From contig JACPPM010000044.1 of assembly GCA_016191015.1 (NCBI GenBank), positions 3,862-67,861 on the forward strand: a stretch of 64,000 nucleotides of DNA, given 5' to 3'. Below the pieces are notes generated by a model. That model was given only the letters and a program-made list of their open reading frames with translations. It had not been told where the DNA came from and ran no database searches. The translations under genes were made by a program, and so were the position numbers. This DNA is from Acidobacteriota bacterium (GTDB taxonomy: Bacteria > Acidobacteriota > CAIWXX01). Of the stretch, positions 31,988 to 41,593 are shown in pieces; positions within the stretch are counted from its first letter, which is position 1; each line of letters opens with the position of its first letter.

Positions 31988-32473
31988 AGCGTTCCTCCCC
32001 GGTTGGAAGTCCTGACTGGATTTACGATCAGATGGGACCATGCTACCTTACCAGGATGGGAATCGACAAGCACTTTGCCAGTCGATCCCGTGGACGCTGG
32101 CGCGAGAGTGCCGGAGGATGACAGCGTCGCACCAAGAAGACGCGATCTGACATGCCCCCCGCGACAGACACAACAGTCTCATCGCAAGCGGCGTCCTCCT
32201 ATCTCGGACGGCCATGAGCTGTGGCAAGAGTGACGTTGAGTAGTTGAGTTAGTTCACCCTTCGCGGCGAGCATTTGGTTGAGATTCATACCATCCCGCGC
32301 CGACCCTTCCGATATATCCTCCAAAATCAACGGGATGAGGGCATGCTGAGTGACAGGCACCTTCTGGCATCGAGCTTGCAACTCCCGCAAGCAGATGGCG
32401 ACGAACAGATCTCAGGCTCTGGCCCTCAGCGGGGGCCGCAGACTCGCGACAGCTCGTCATGAAGGAGGATCTC

Positions 32474-33685
32474 ATGTCCAAGGTGATGCGCGACGGCACA
32501 GAGAAAGTCATGCTGGACGACATCGAAGTCGCTTCCAATACGCCGGAAGGGCGCGAGCGGATGAAGCGATGGGGGGTGATCTCGGCACTCCCCAGCGAGT
32601 TCCTCGTCGTCTACCGGCGTGGAAAACTGCGCGGGAGCGTAGGGGGGCAGGGTGGCCGCTGCTTCAAGTGGCCGGGCGACACCGTGGCGATCGTGCCGAC
32701 GACCCTCAAAGAAGTGCTGTTCAAGGCCAACCAGATCACGGTCGACAACGTGGATGTTCAGCTTCGCGGCATGGTCCTCTATCGCATCTGCGATCCCCTG
32801 CGAATCTACAGGCTCATCAACTTCACCCATCGACAGCAGGCCGAAGCCAAGTTGGGACGCATCATCGCGGACACGTGCCGATCACACGCCAAGTGGCTCG
32901 TTGCGAACATGACCGTCGAGCAGTGCATGCGACGGCGCAAGGAGGAAATTGCGGCGGCCCTGAAGACCGAGGTGGCTCACGTCGTGGGCGCCGGCGACCC
33001 GGCGGGCTGGGGGGTCGAAATCGTGACCGTGGACATCCAGGATATCTACGTGCAGGACGACGATCTGTTCGCATCTCTGCAGGCGAAATTCAAGGCCGAC
33101 CGCGAGGGTGAGGCCGAGCTCGCTCGGATCCGGGTCCGTGAGGACATCAAGCGGAAAGAGATCAGTGCGGAGCGGGAGTTGGAAACGGAGCGGCAGCGGC
33201 TGACTCTGGAGAAGGCGCGCCTTGCAGCCGAGGTGGAACTGGCGGCCCTGGAACATCTCCGGCATCAGGAGGCGGAGAAGTTCAACCTCGATCGGTTTCG
33301 CGTGGAGCAGAACGGGGAGATCGTCCTGGACCGTGTGCGGAGGACGAACGAAAACGAACGCGTCTCAGCCGAAGGCCGGCGTGAACGTGTTCTCATCGAA
33401 TCCGAGGCCAAGAGAATCGCCTGTGAGCAAGAGACCACCGCACTTCGCGAACGCCTGGCGGCTGAGAACAGCGCAGGACCGGCAAGTCTCGAACGCCTGT
33501 TCATCTCCGATGTGCTGCCGAAAGTATCCGAAGCCGTCGCGGCCTCCGCGGCGAACATGCGCTTCAGCGTCTACCAGACGACCGGCGAGCAGGCGCCGGG
33601 TGCGACCCCGTTTGGGTTCCTCCTTGCGCAACTTCTCGAGATTCTCGACCAGCGCCTCTCCCAGCGGGTGAGAAAGGAAGGGTAG
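32474..33685 (+). CDS. SPFH/Band-7 (flotillin-like) domain protein with a long coiled-coil tail
   Basis: VVYRRGKLRGSVGGQGGRCFKWPGDTVAIVPTTLKEVLFKANQITVDNVDVQLRGMVLYRICDP...GVEIVTVDIQDIYV, followed by an E/R/A-rich coiled coil. AGGAGG lies 5 nt before the ATG at 32474. Confidence 0.8.
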   Translation: MSKVMRDGTEKVMLDDIEVASNTPEGRERMKRWGVISALPSEFLVVYRRGKLRGSVGGQGGRCFKWPGDTVAIVPTTLKEVLFKANQITVDNVDVQLRGMVLYRICDPLRIYRLINFTHRQQAEAKLGRIIADTCRSHAKWLVANMTVEQCMRRRKEEIAAALKTEVAHVVGAGDPAGWGVEIVTVDIQDIYVQDDDLFASLQAKFKADREGEAELARIRVREDIKRKEISAERELETERQRLTLEKARLAAEVELAALEHLRHQEAEKFNLDRFRVEQNGEIVLDRVRRTNENERVSAEGRRERVLIESEAKRIACEQETTALRERLAAENSAGPASLERLFISDVLPKVSEAVAASAANMRFSVYQTTGEQAPGATPFGFLLAQLLEILDQRLSQRVRKEG

Positions 33686-33834
33686 TGGGCCCAAGATTCC
33701 ACTGTGGCGGAGAAGCGTATGGACGATGTGGGTCACTAGCGCCCGTGTCGAGAAGATGATAGGAAGATCCCAATGACTTCGTGGTAGGTCCGGGCATCGA
33801 CTCGAATTCAGTATCAAGGGAGGGGGCCGTGGTA

Positions 33835-34371
33835 ATGATGGCAGTTAGAGTTGCAGTCATATTTGTTCTGCTGCAGGGAGCGACAAGTGCGATTGAACTT
33901 CTTGTCGGTACCGGCGACAGAGGGCGAGAGGACGGGACATCGAACGCTTTCAGGTCCACCGAGGTCAGAACGATGACCGTCGAAGCCGAGAGAGGCTCCG
34001 GCCAGGGGAAGATCATGTGGCGTTCGAAAGCGTCCGGAAAGAAGACCGTCTTGCTGAATGCAAGCGAGGTACGAACGATGAGCTTCACATTGTCTTCCTC
34101 GGGAGGATTCCTGTTTTCGATACGCTACAGCAACGACAACGATAATTCAGCGCCGTGCGAAACCGTCTCCATCAGGGTCGATGGCAGTCCACTGGGGAGC
34201 TTCGTTGCCGCGGATACGGGAGACGGAGGCGTGGGGTGGAATACTTTCCGCACGGCGGGAAACATCGGGTCTCGGAGCTTGGCGGCGGGCAAGCACCGGA
34301 TAAGGATCTCCACCTCCGGTGGTGATCTGTACGGCATCGAGATCGATTGTGCCAGATTGAAGATGATGTAG
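33835..34371 (+). CDS. Secreted protein, possibly a CBM/jelly-roll-like domain
   Basis: Signal-like MMAVRVAVIFVLLQGATSA. The tail GWNTFRTAGNIGSRSLAAGKHRIRISTSGGDLYGIEIDCARL resembles CBM6/35-type modules (tentative). Confidence 0.45.
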   Translation: MMAVRVAVIFVLLQGATSAIELLVGTGDRGREDGTSNAFRSTEVRTMTVEAERGSGQGKIMWRSKASGKKTVLLNASEVRTMSFTLSSSGGFLFSIRYSNDNDNSAPCETVSIRVDGSPLGSFVAADTGDGGVGWNTFRTAGNIGSRSLAAGKHRIRISTSGGDLYGIEIDCARLKMM

Positions 34372-34402
34372 CTCACTTTGCTCGTGAGAGGGGGAAAGAA
34401 AG

Positions 34403-35209
34403 ATGATGGTAAGAGAAACGCCGAGAAGACCTCGCAAAGAAATGGCGACACCTGTGTACAACGGCGGCTCTATTCGGGCTCGGCTGCTGATCTGCATCGG
34501 CTGTATGCTATGTGCGCAGGTCTCAGGATCGGCTCTCGCTTTCCCTGGTGACAACGCTGATGGTGTCCTCATCACGAGTAGTGGAACTGCGGGATGCACA
34601 ACCATATCCCTTCATCCTGACACCCTGCCCGATGGCATTGTGGGCGATCCCTACTCCGCCATGATCTCGGCCGATGGAGGCACGCCGCCCTATGTGTTCA
34701 CATCGACGTCATCCTTGCCCTTCGGTCTCTCACTCAGTCCCGATGGCTTGCTCGCGGGGACGCCGACCTTTCCGGCCACCTATGGGTTCCCCGTATTCAC
34801 AACTGATTCGGCTGGGTGTTCCGGCTTCACAATGTACCGATTGCTCGTTTCCGAGCCGTACCTCCCCGATCTTCTCGGAGATATTCTTGACCTGAGGGTC
34901 CCGGGTCGGAAGCTGCTCGTTTCGTTCTGGTGCTACAATGAGGGTCCGAAAGATGCCGGCCCTTTCCGCCTCAGGCTTTTCCTCTCGAAGGACCGGAGTC
35001 ATGGAAAAGGCGACCAGATCGTCTCGGTCATGAAAGTACCCGGATTGGCGAGCAAATCTGTCAGCTCTGTCATGAAGGTCAAGTTCACGGCACGCAAGAA
35101 ATTCAGAAACCTCGTTCTCCAGGTTGATTTCGGGGAAGCGGTGGCCGAAATTGACGAGTCGAACAACTTTGACTACAAGGAGATACTCTGGCGTTCGGTG
35201 GGGCGGTAG
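34403..35209 (+). CDS. Secreted protein with a putative Ig (He_PIG-like) domain and a CARDB-like domain
   Basis: Signal peptide RARLLICIGCMLCAQVSGSALA. LPDGIVGDPYSAMISADGGTPPYVFTSTSSLPFGLSLSPDGLLAGTPT is a typical putative-Ig repeat. PDLLGDILDL...FWCYNEGPKDAGPFRLRLFLS is CARDB-like. Confidence 0.6.
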   Translation: MMVRETPRRPRKEMATPVYNGGSIRARLLICIGCMLCAQVSGSALAFPGDNADGVLITSSGTAGCTTISLHPDTLPDGIVGDPYSAMISADGGTPPYVFTSTSSLPFGLSLSPDGLLAGTPTFPATYGFPVFTTDSAGCSGFTMYRLLVSEPYLPDLLGDILDLRVPGRKLLVSFWCYNEGPKDAGPFRLRLFLSKDRSHGKGDQIVSVMKVPGLASKSVSSVMKVKFTARKKFRNLVLQVDFGEAVAEIDESNNFDYKEILWRSVGR

Positions 35210-35372
35210 CCTGCGGGGTCCGCGGCCAGGACCTTTCCGAGTGGCAGCCGCTTCTTGGCTCGGCAGGTTCACGTCGTGCCCCGGGGCAGATCGCGACTGA
35301 GCGGCTCAATCGCTCCAACTGAAAAGGTGGCTCGTCTTCACCCCACGCAGGAAGAATCGAAGCGATGGATCA

Positions 35373-35666
35373 ATGAAGAACCACGGCTGGCTTTTGAGGA
35401 TTTGGGAATGGCTGAAAACGGTGAAGTCGTCCCTTGCACGCGAGACCCAGGATGACGGCCGGTGCCTTATGTGCGCCGGGACAGGAGTCTGGTATGCGGG
35501 GACTCAGCAAGAAATGCCCTGTGCTAATTGCGATGGCAGGGGCTGGGGGGTTTCTTTGCGGGCTAAGCCCACCACTCCGCCTGCTGGAAGAACCGATCCG
35601 TCTGCTGCCAGCACCAAGGCTGTTCCGGGAGGAACTTCTGTGGAACCGCCCGCGAAGCTCCGCTGA
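35373..35666 (+). CDS. Small CxxCxGxG zinc-finger protein, paralogous to the 18315..18533 product
   Basis: CLMCAGTGVWYAGTQQEMPCANCDGRG compares with CMTCDGSGLWYEGSFREQRCDVCEGRG. Confidence 0.5.
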   Translation: MKNHGWLLRIWEWLKTVKSSLARETQDDGRCLMCAGTGVWYAGTQQEMPCANCDGRGWGVSLRAKPTTPPAGRTDPSAASTKAVPGGTSVEPPAKLR

Positions 35667-35798
35667 TGGGTCGAGAAAGGGCCCCAGCCGCTACCAACCG
35701 CCGCGGCCGCGTCTTCATTTCCTCCACTCGAGGCGCGTTAGCGCCCGACTCTTACCAACATGTTGTCAGCCGCGTGGATGCTGAAATGGCAGTCCAAA

Positions 35799-35882
35799 CC
35801 ACCAAGACTCCAAGGCACCAAGCCGCACCAAGGGCCGCGCGAAGGCTCTTGGTGGATTCTTGGTGTCTTGGTGACTTGGTGG
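35799..35882. repeat. k-mer-built imperfect hairpin (unit about CTTGGTG) between convergent genes
   Basis: The left arm ccaccaagactccaaggcaccaagccgcaccaaggg is largely complementary to the right arm ctcttggtggattcttggtgtcttggtgacttggtgg. Confidence 0.7.
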
Positions 35883-35946
35883 TATTGCGGATCTCGGCTG
35901 CGAGCGGAGCGAGCCCCTCATTCAAGGCGCAGCCCATCACCGCGCG

Positions 35947-36492
35947 CTAGGTCTTCGGCTTCACCTGCAAGGGACGGAGCCCGAAGGTTGCGCGGTCATG
36001 GACGTAGATCTCGGGCCTCGCCATGACGCCTCCCGCCACTGAGGCCCAGTCTGCCTGCAGATGCGGCAGCATGCCACCGTCGACGAACAGGATTTCTGCT
36101 CCACGACAGCCGGCCGCAAGTGCGGATGCGTGACCTTCAAACACCCAGACTGCATGGCCGACATAGGCAATCCCGATCAGCATGCCGAGGAAAGGAATTG
36201 TCCTGGCTGGATCGGTCTTCAGAGCCTGGAGCTCGGTGTAGGCGATTGCGACGATTTTTCGTGGCGGCTGGGGCGGGATCACCCGCTGGATGCCCGACAC
36301 CTGAGCCTCGGGTATGGAGCCCGGCGGCGGGCAGGGCCGGAACATCAGCATCCGCCCTGGCGTTACGATGACGACGTGGCGCTGAGGTCCCGGCGGCGAG
36401 GGAGGCTGGCCGGCCGCTGCCGCGCGCGCCTGATTGAACACCTCGGTCAAGTTGGCCGGCACATCAACTTCCGGCATGAATGGTTCGCGCAC
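35947..36492 (-). CDS. Hypothetical protein
   Basis: Coding-looking ORF downstream of the patatin gene on the same strand. No motif recognised. Confidence 0.5.
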   Translation of the reverse strand: MREPFMPEVDVPANLTEVFNQARAAAAGQPPSPPGPQRHVVIVTPGRMLMFRPCPPPGSIPEAQVSGIQRVIPPQPPRKIVAIAYTELQALKTDPARTIPFLGMLIGIAYVGHAVWVFEGHASALAAGCRGAEILFVDGGMLPHLQADWASVAGGVMARPEIYVHDRATFGLRPLQVKPKT

Positions 36493-36697
36493 TTCTTTTT
36501 CGTCCTCCGTCTACAGTCAGAGCGTAGCAGTTCTTCCGGGAACGATACCACCGGGAGCCGTTCGTCGCGGAAGAAGCCCCGAACATCGTCTGCTGCCAGC
36601 TCTCTCGAATGGTGTCTTCGAATCTCATATCCGGCGCCTATCGCCTTCCGAGGTTGTGCGGCCGGTACCTCGCCCCGACGCTCTCAGCTCCCAGCGA

Positions 36698-37525
36698 TCA
36701 CTTCCGGCCCCGATTCCACTGTCCCGCCACGCGCCGCAGCAGCCGGCGAGAGGAGAGGAGCTGCTTGAGCGCCGGGATCTGCGCTTCCATCGCCGCCTGA
36801 CCCTGCGACATCAGCTCATCGGCACGCTCCAGGTCCTGCCACGAGATATCGCCGATCTCGGGAGCGACGACGATGTCTGCTTCTTCGATGTACCCCGACA
36901 CGGCCTGTCGCGACATTAGATACACCGATCTCACGATCACCTCGAAAAGATTACCGGGCGCGGCGAAGCTGGTCACCTTGTAATTCACGTCGGATGCCAT
37001 CACGACATCGACCCCTGCGCGCCTCAGAACCTGAGTCGGTACGCCGCTTGTGACCCCGCCGTCCACGAGCATCTTTCCTGAGACCTGCGAAGGAGGGAGC
37101 AGTCCTGGGAGTGCACAGCTTGCGCAAATGGCCGGGATCAGATCACCCTTCGAGATCACGATCGCCTTGCCGCTGGCCAGATCGGTGGCGATGACCTTCA
37201 TCGCGATTTTGAGCCGTTCGAAACGCTTGACCGGAAGAGTGCGGCCGAGCAGTGCGGCGAGGGGCTCGGAGCTGAGTAGCCCCATGCGTCCCGGGGAGAA
37301 CCGGTAGACGTCCTTCCACCTGAGCGCGCGCACCAGAAGAGTGAGCTCCTCGGCAGGCAGCCCCGCCGCGAATAACGCTCCGGCGATGCTCCCGGCACTC
37401 GATGCCGCGATCATCTTGATCGGGATACGCTCCCGCTCCAGCACCTTGAGGACCCCGACGTGAGCGATGCCGTGGGCGGCACCACCTGAGAGCGCGACAC
37501 CCAACGAGCATGGATACTCAGGCAC
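36698..37525 (-). CDS. Patatin-like phospholipase
   Basis: Oxyanion motif LSGGAAHGIAHVGVL, nucleophile elbow ASSAGS and catalytic Asp in MLVDGGV. Confidence 0.8.
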   Translation of the reverse strand: MPEYPCSLGVALSGGAAHGIAHVGVLKVLERERIPIKMIAASSAGSIAGALFAAGLPAEELTLLVRALRWKDVYRFSPGRMGLLSSEPLAALLGRTLPVKRFERLKIAMKVIATDLASGKAIVISKGDLIPAICASCALPGLLPPSQVSGKMLVDGGVTSGVPTQVLRRAGVDVVMASDVNYKVTSFAAPGNLFEVIVRSVYLMSRQAVSGYIEEADIVVAPEIGDISWQDLERADELMSQGQAAMEAQIPALKQLLSSRRLLRRVAGQWNRGRK

Positions 37526-37946
37526 GGGGTTCGACCCGCTTCAGGGCATCCAGCCAGGCCGCCGGGAGAGCTGTCGGCCGGCCCGCGCGGTTGAGGACCA
37601 GGTGACGGGTGTGACCCGTTGCCAACGGCTCCTCCTCGGAGGCCGCCACGAGCTCATACTCGAACCTGACCGATCGGCGGTTGATCTCCCTGAGCCGCGT
37701 TTTCACAATCAGCACCTGATCATAGACAGCGGGCTTCAGATACCGGCAGGAGACCTCGGTGACGACCAGAAAAAAACCGGCCCGCTCCATCTCGGCGTAC
37801 GGCACACCCGCCATCCGGCAGTAATCGCTCCGCCCAACCTCAAACCAGACCAGGTGGTTTGCATGGTAGGCAATCCCCATGCCGTCGGTCTCGCTGTATC
37901 TCACCCGGATCGTCGATTCGACCATGATCCGCGGGGATGTTAGCAT
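37518..37946 (-). CDS. Acyl-CoA thioesterase, YbgC/4HBT hotdog family
   Basis: IRVRYSETDGMGIAYHANHLVWFEVGRSDY...FFLVVTEVSCRYLKPAVYDQVLIV. The ATG at 37946 has GGGAG 7 nt upstream. The stop overlaps the patatin start. Confidence 0.8.
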   Translation of the reverse strand: MLTSPRIMVESTIRVRYSETDGMGIAYHANHLVWFEVGRSDYCRMAGVPYAEMERAGFFLVVTEVSCRYLKPAVYDQVLIVKTRLREINRRSVRFEYELVAASEEEPLATGHTRHLVLNRAGRPTALPAAWLDALKRVEPRA

Positions 37947-38148
37947 ACTCGCTCCCGGGTGTCTGGACATTAATCTGGCTGGTCTGGTCTGAAGATCGCG
38001 ATAGACGCACAAATAAATCAACGTCTTATTGTTATTGAGGCGAATCGACAAAGGGGGTTGACAAACGCGTGAAGGTTATGTAGGTTGAGGCTGCCGACAA
38101 GATACGAGGCAAAAACAAGAGATCCGAACACCAAGGCAGGGAGGACTA

Positions 38149-38715
38149 ATGCTGGACAAACTCATGACGACCGACGACCTCGTCAAGTATCTCAATCTCG
38201 ATTTGAGAACGATCTACGGGTTTATCAAGAACAAAAAGATACCCGCGATCAAGATCGGCCGCGAATGGCGATTCAGGAAAAAGGACATCGACGTGTGGCT
38301 GGACGATCACCGTGTCACGCCGGCCAAGGCTCAGATTACGAAAAGGAAGATCCTGGTTGTCGACGACGAAGAGGATGTTCGGAATCTGATTGCGCGGACG
38401 TTGTCGAGGGCGGGGTATGAGGTCGAGGTGGCATCCGATGGGGAGAGCGCGCTCGAGCTGCTTCAGAAGAATCACTATCATGTGCTCTTCACTGACTTGA
38501 AGATGCCGGGGATGAGCGGTATCGACCTGATTGAAGAGGCCCAGAAAATACACGCGGACCTCCAGAGCGTCGTCCTCACTGCGTTCGCGTCGCAGGAAAC
38601 GGCTATCGACGCGGTGAATCTGCGCTGCGCCAGCTATCTGCAGAAGCCGCTCACCGACATCAACGACGTGGTCACGGCGGTCAACAACGCTGTCCGCGGC
38701 ATGGCTCGGGCCTAG
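38149..38715 (+). CDS. Response regulator with an N-terminal excisionase-type HTH
   Basis: HTH LMTTDDLVKYLNLDLRTIYGFIKNKKIPAIKIGREWRFRKKDIDVWL. REC domain KILVVDDEEDV...VLFTDLKMPGMSGIDL. Confidence 0.85.
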   Translation: MLDKLMTTDDLVKYLNLDLRTIYGFIKNKKIPAIKIGREWRFRKKDIDVWLDDHRVTPAKAQITKRKILVVDDEEDVRNLIARTLSRAGYEVEVASDGESALELLQKNHYHVLFTDLKMPGMSGIDLIEEAQKIHADLQSVVLTAFASQETAIDAVNLRCASYLQKPLTDINDVVTAVNNAVRGMARA

Positions 38716-38744
38716 GACCCTCAGATCAGACGAGAACATCTTCT

Positions 38745-38800
38745 CCCACCGCAGGGGTCGCCGGAAACGCGCGCGCGATTTCGGCGACCACTGTGGTGGG
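38745..38800. repeat. Long GC-rich hairpin after the response-regulator gene (terminator-like, no U tract)
   Basis: cccaccgcaggggtcgccggaaa, a loop (cgcgcgcgcga), then tttcggcgaccactgtggtggg. The stem is about 22 bp with a few mismatches. Confidence 0.4.
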
Positions 38801-38886
38801 TCAGGACCATTGGACGGAGTCGCGGGAGGGAGAGAGAGTTGTCCTGGCTGACGTGGACACTTCCCCACCCTGTGAGCTGAAAGACC

Positions 38887-40149
38887 ATGCCTGATCCGCT
38901 GTCGTCACCCGAGGCCGACGCGCCGGATATCCCCCCGATGGCCGCCGAGCGGCAGAGGAGGATCCTGATCGTCGATGACGACGAGCGGAGTGCGGGGTTT
39001 TGCAGAGGCGTGCTCGAAGGATACGGCTACATCGCGGTTGCGGTGGCGAACGGGGAAGCGGCCATGGAGAGTGCCCTGGTCGAGCCGTGTGATCTGATGC
39101 TGTTGGATCTCGTCCTGCCGGGCATGGACGGCCTGACGCTTCTTGGCAGGCTTCGTGAGGACGTGATGACTCGATCGATACCCGTCGTCGTGGTCACAGG
39201 CGTGACCGATCGAGAACCGCTCACCAGGGCTTTCGAGATCGGTGTTGACGACTACCTCATCAAGCCGTACGTGATCAGCGAGCTGCTGGTGAGGATCAAG
39301 TCGGTCCTGAGAAAGAGGGAGCTCGAGGAGCAGCTCATACGCAGCAACATGGATCTGCGCCGCGCTCTGCAGAATCTGCAGCAGAAGGAAGCCCACCTGA
39401 TTCAGAGCGCGAAGCTCGCCGCCATCGGCACCCTCGCCGCCGGTGTCGCGCACGAGCTCAACCAACCCCTCATGGTCGTCCGCGGCACGGTCCAGATGAT
39501 GCTCCAGGACATGCCCCGCAGCGACGGGTGCAGGGAAGATCTCCGCGGGATCGAGCTCCAGACCGGCCGCATGATGCGCATCATCAACCACCTGACCGAC
39601 TTCTCGCGCCAGGCGAACCAGGAACGAAGGCCGGTCGACGTCAATGGCGTCATCAAAGATGCATTCACCTTCGTCGGCCAGCAGCTGACCAACCACACGG
39701 TTTCCGTGAAGATGGATCTCGCCGATGCGCTGCCCCCGGTGCCGGCCAATCGAACCCAGATCGAGCAGGTGTTCCTCAACATCCTCCTCAACGCCCGCGA
39801 TGCCCTGCATGGACGCCGGGACGCAGTCCTCAGCGTGCGGACCGAGTACGTCACCGACCCGGCCCGCATCCGCACCGCCCTCGATCGCCTCTCGGTCAAA
39901 CGAGAACAGATCAGCCAACGCGGCTACGTGGTCACGACATTCACCGACAACGGCACAGGGATCAGCCCCGAGAACATCGGCCGGATCTTCGACCCGTTCT
40001 TCACGACCAAACCGCCAGGCAAGGGAACAGGGCTGGGGTTGTCCGTCAGCTACAACATCGTGCAGGAGCATGGCGGCTGGATCAGGGCGGAATCCAAGCC
40101 CGGTGAGGGCACCAGCTTCAGCGTGTATCTGCCAGTCGGATCGTCGTAG
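38887..40149 (+). CDS. Hybrid sensor: N-terminal receiver domain plus HisKA and HATPase_c histidine kinase
   Basis: [14 protein letters not shown]...[15 protein letters not shown]-box [13 protein letters not shown]-boxes DNGTGISPE and [20 protein letters not shown]. Confidence 0.85.
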   Translation: MPDPLSSPEADAPDIPPMAAERQRRILIVDDDERSAGFCRGVLEGYGYIAVAVANGEAAMESALVEPCDLMLLDLVLPGMDGLTLLGRLREDVMTRSIPVVVVTGVTDREPLTRAFEIGVDDYLIKPYVISELLVRIKSVLRKRELEEQLIRSNMDLRRALQNLQQKEAHLIQSAKLAAIGTLAAGVAHELNQPLMVVRGTVQMMLQDMPRSDGCREDLRGIELQTGRMMRIINHLTDFSRQANQERRPVDVNGVIKDAFTFVGQQLTNHTVSVKMDLADALPPVPANRTQIEQVFLNILLNARDALHGRRDAVLSVRTEYVTDPARIRTALDRLSVKREQISQRGYVVTTFTDNGTGISPENIGRIFDPFFTTKPPGKGTGLGLSVSYNIVQEHGGWIRAESKPGEGTSFSVYLPVGSS

Positions 40150-40216
40150 GAGCACGGCGCGCGTTGGGGCACGGCGCGCCGTGCCCCTACAGTGCGAATA
40201 CGCTATTATTGCATCC

Positions 40217-41593
40217 ATGCTCTGCGCCTGTATCGGCGAGAAGACGAGGGTGGCCGCCCTCGCGCTGCTTCGATCTCTGCCGATGGAGGTCACCTTCGCC
40301 GAGATCCGTCTGGATCTCCTCGACGACCCGTCTCCCGAGCCGTTTTGTGCCGAGGCCGCGGACCGGCTCGTCGTCACCTGCCGACGGCCGCGCGACGGCG
40401 GACATTTCGACGGAAGTGAAGAGGAGCGGCTTGGGTTTCTCGCGCGCGCGCGGAGTGCGGGGGCGAGGTTCATCGACCTGGAGATGGACGCGGATGACAG
40501 GATGGCAGGCGATGCGCGAGGCGTCATCAGATCGTTCCATGACGTGACCGGGACGCCGCCTGACCTGGATCGAGTGGCCACCGAGCTTCGGCGGCGCCGA
40601 GGTGAGGCCTGGAAGCTCGCCGTGACTGCCCGGGACCTCAGCGACTCGATGAAGGTCCTGGCCTGCCTCGAGCGGCATCGCGGAGGATTCGCATGCATGG
40701 CGATGGGGCCGGCGGGGCTGATCACTCGCGTGCTCGCGGAGTCGCGCGGATCGTTCCTGACCTTCTGCGCAGCCAGGGACGGTGCCGAGACGGCGCCGGG
40801 GCAGGTCAGTGCCAGCGAGATGCTCCACCACTATCGCGTCCGCCATCTGGGACGCCGCCCTTCGATCTATGGCCTGCTCGGGACCGGGATCGCCCACAGT
40901 CTCTCTCCCCGCCTCCACAACGGATGGTTCGCGCGGCGTGCAGAACGATGCGTCTACCTGCCGTTCGACACCACGGACCTGGATGATTTCATGGCCTTCG
41001 CGCGGACGCTGCCGCTGTCGGGCTGGAGCGTCACGGCTCCATTCAAAGAGGCGATCTCAACGAAGCTCGATCGCCTCTCCAGATCCGCGCGCCTCGCCGG
41101 ATGTGTCAATACCGTTGTCTGCCGAAAGGGAAAAATGGTCGGATACAACACCGACGTCCGCGCATTAGTCAGTCTGATCCGCCGTGCCCGCGGGCGGTCG
41201 CCAGTGTTGGTCTTGGGGAGTGGAAGCACGGCTAAGGCTGCCTGCCGGGCGCTGTCGGCCGCCGGCTACTCTGTGATGCTCTCCGCGCGCCGCGACCGGG
41301 CCGCGCGCCAGGCGGCCGCTGATCTGCGGATATGGTTCGTCCCGTGGGGTGAGCGCGGGAGCGTCCGGGCCAGCGCCATCGTCAACGCAACGTCGGTCGG
41401 ACACGGCGGCAGGCCCGGAGCTCCGCTGCCGGACACCGCCCTGAGGACCGGGCAGCTTGTCATTGATTTTCCCTACGGTCCCCGTGAGACCGACCTGGTG
41501 CGTGCCGCGCGTGCCCGTAGCTGTGTCGTGGTCGACGGCAAGCGGATTCTCCTCGAACAGGCAAGGCTTCAACGGCGACTGTTCCGGGATTGA
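40217..41593 (+). CDS. aroDE: Bifunctional 3-dehydroquinate dehydratase (type I) / shikimate dehydrogenase fusion
   Basis: AroD-like: FAEIRLDLL, FIDLEMDAD, VIRSFHDVTGTP, AWKLAVTARD and CMAMGPAGLITRVL. AroE-like: YGLLGTGIAHSLSPRLHNGWF, SVTAPFKEA, NTV, GYNTDV and VLVLGSGSTAKAA. The ATG at 40217 is used; the longer ORF overlaps the kinase gene. Confidence 0.8.
   Translation: MLCACIGEKTRVAALALLRSLPMEVTFAEIRLDLLDDPSPEPFCAEAADRLVVTCRRPRDGGHFDGSEEERLGFLARARSAGARFIDLEMDADDRMAGDARGVIRSFHDVTGTPPDLDRVATELRRRRGEAWKLAVTARDLSDSMKVLACLERHRGGFACMAMGPAGLITRVLAESRGSFLTFCAARDGAETAPGQVSASEMLHHYRVRHLGRRPSIYGLLGTGIAHSLSPRLHNGWFARRAERCVYLPFDTTDLDDFMAFARTLPLSGWSVTAPFKEAISTKLDRLSRSARLAGCVNTVVCRKGKMVGYNTDVRALVSLIRRARGRSPVLVLGSGSTAKAACRALSAAGYSVMLSARRDRAARQAAADLRIWFVPWGERGSVRASAIVNATSVGHGGRPGAPLPDTALRTGQLVIDFPYGPRETDLVRAARARSCVVVDGKRILLEQARLQRRLFRD

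Noticed and set aside
32350-33111. 253-aa plus-strand ORF overlapping the SPFH gene
   Set aside because: It is an Arg/Gly-rich alternative frame. The SPFH frame has clear family motifs and a strong RBS.
36698-37946. Patatin-like phospholipase considered as a CBASS-type defence effector
   Set aside because: It is translationally coupled to a YbgC-type thioesterase, and no cyclase, STAND or sensor gene is adjacent. Ordinary lipid metabolism is more parsimonious.
39725-40216. N-terminal extension of the aroDE ORF
   Set aside because: It overlaps the HATPase_c part of the kinase gene in a different frame. AroD similarity begins only after the ATG at 40217.
38905-40725. 606-aa minus-strand ORF spanning the histidine-kinase and aroDE genes
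   Set aside because: It is antisense to two genes with clear motifs and crosses their intergenic gap. It is a high-GC artefact.
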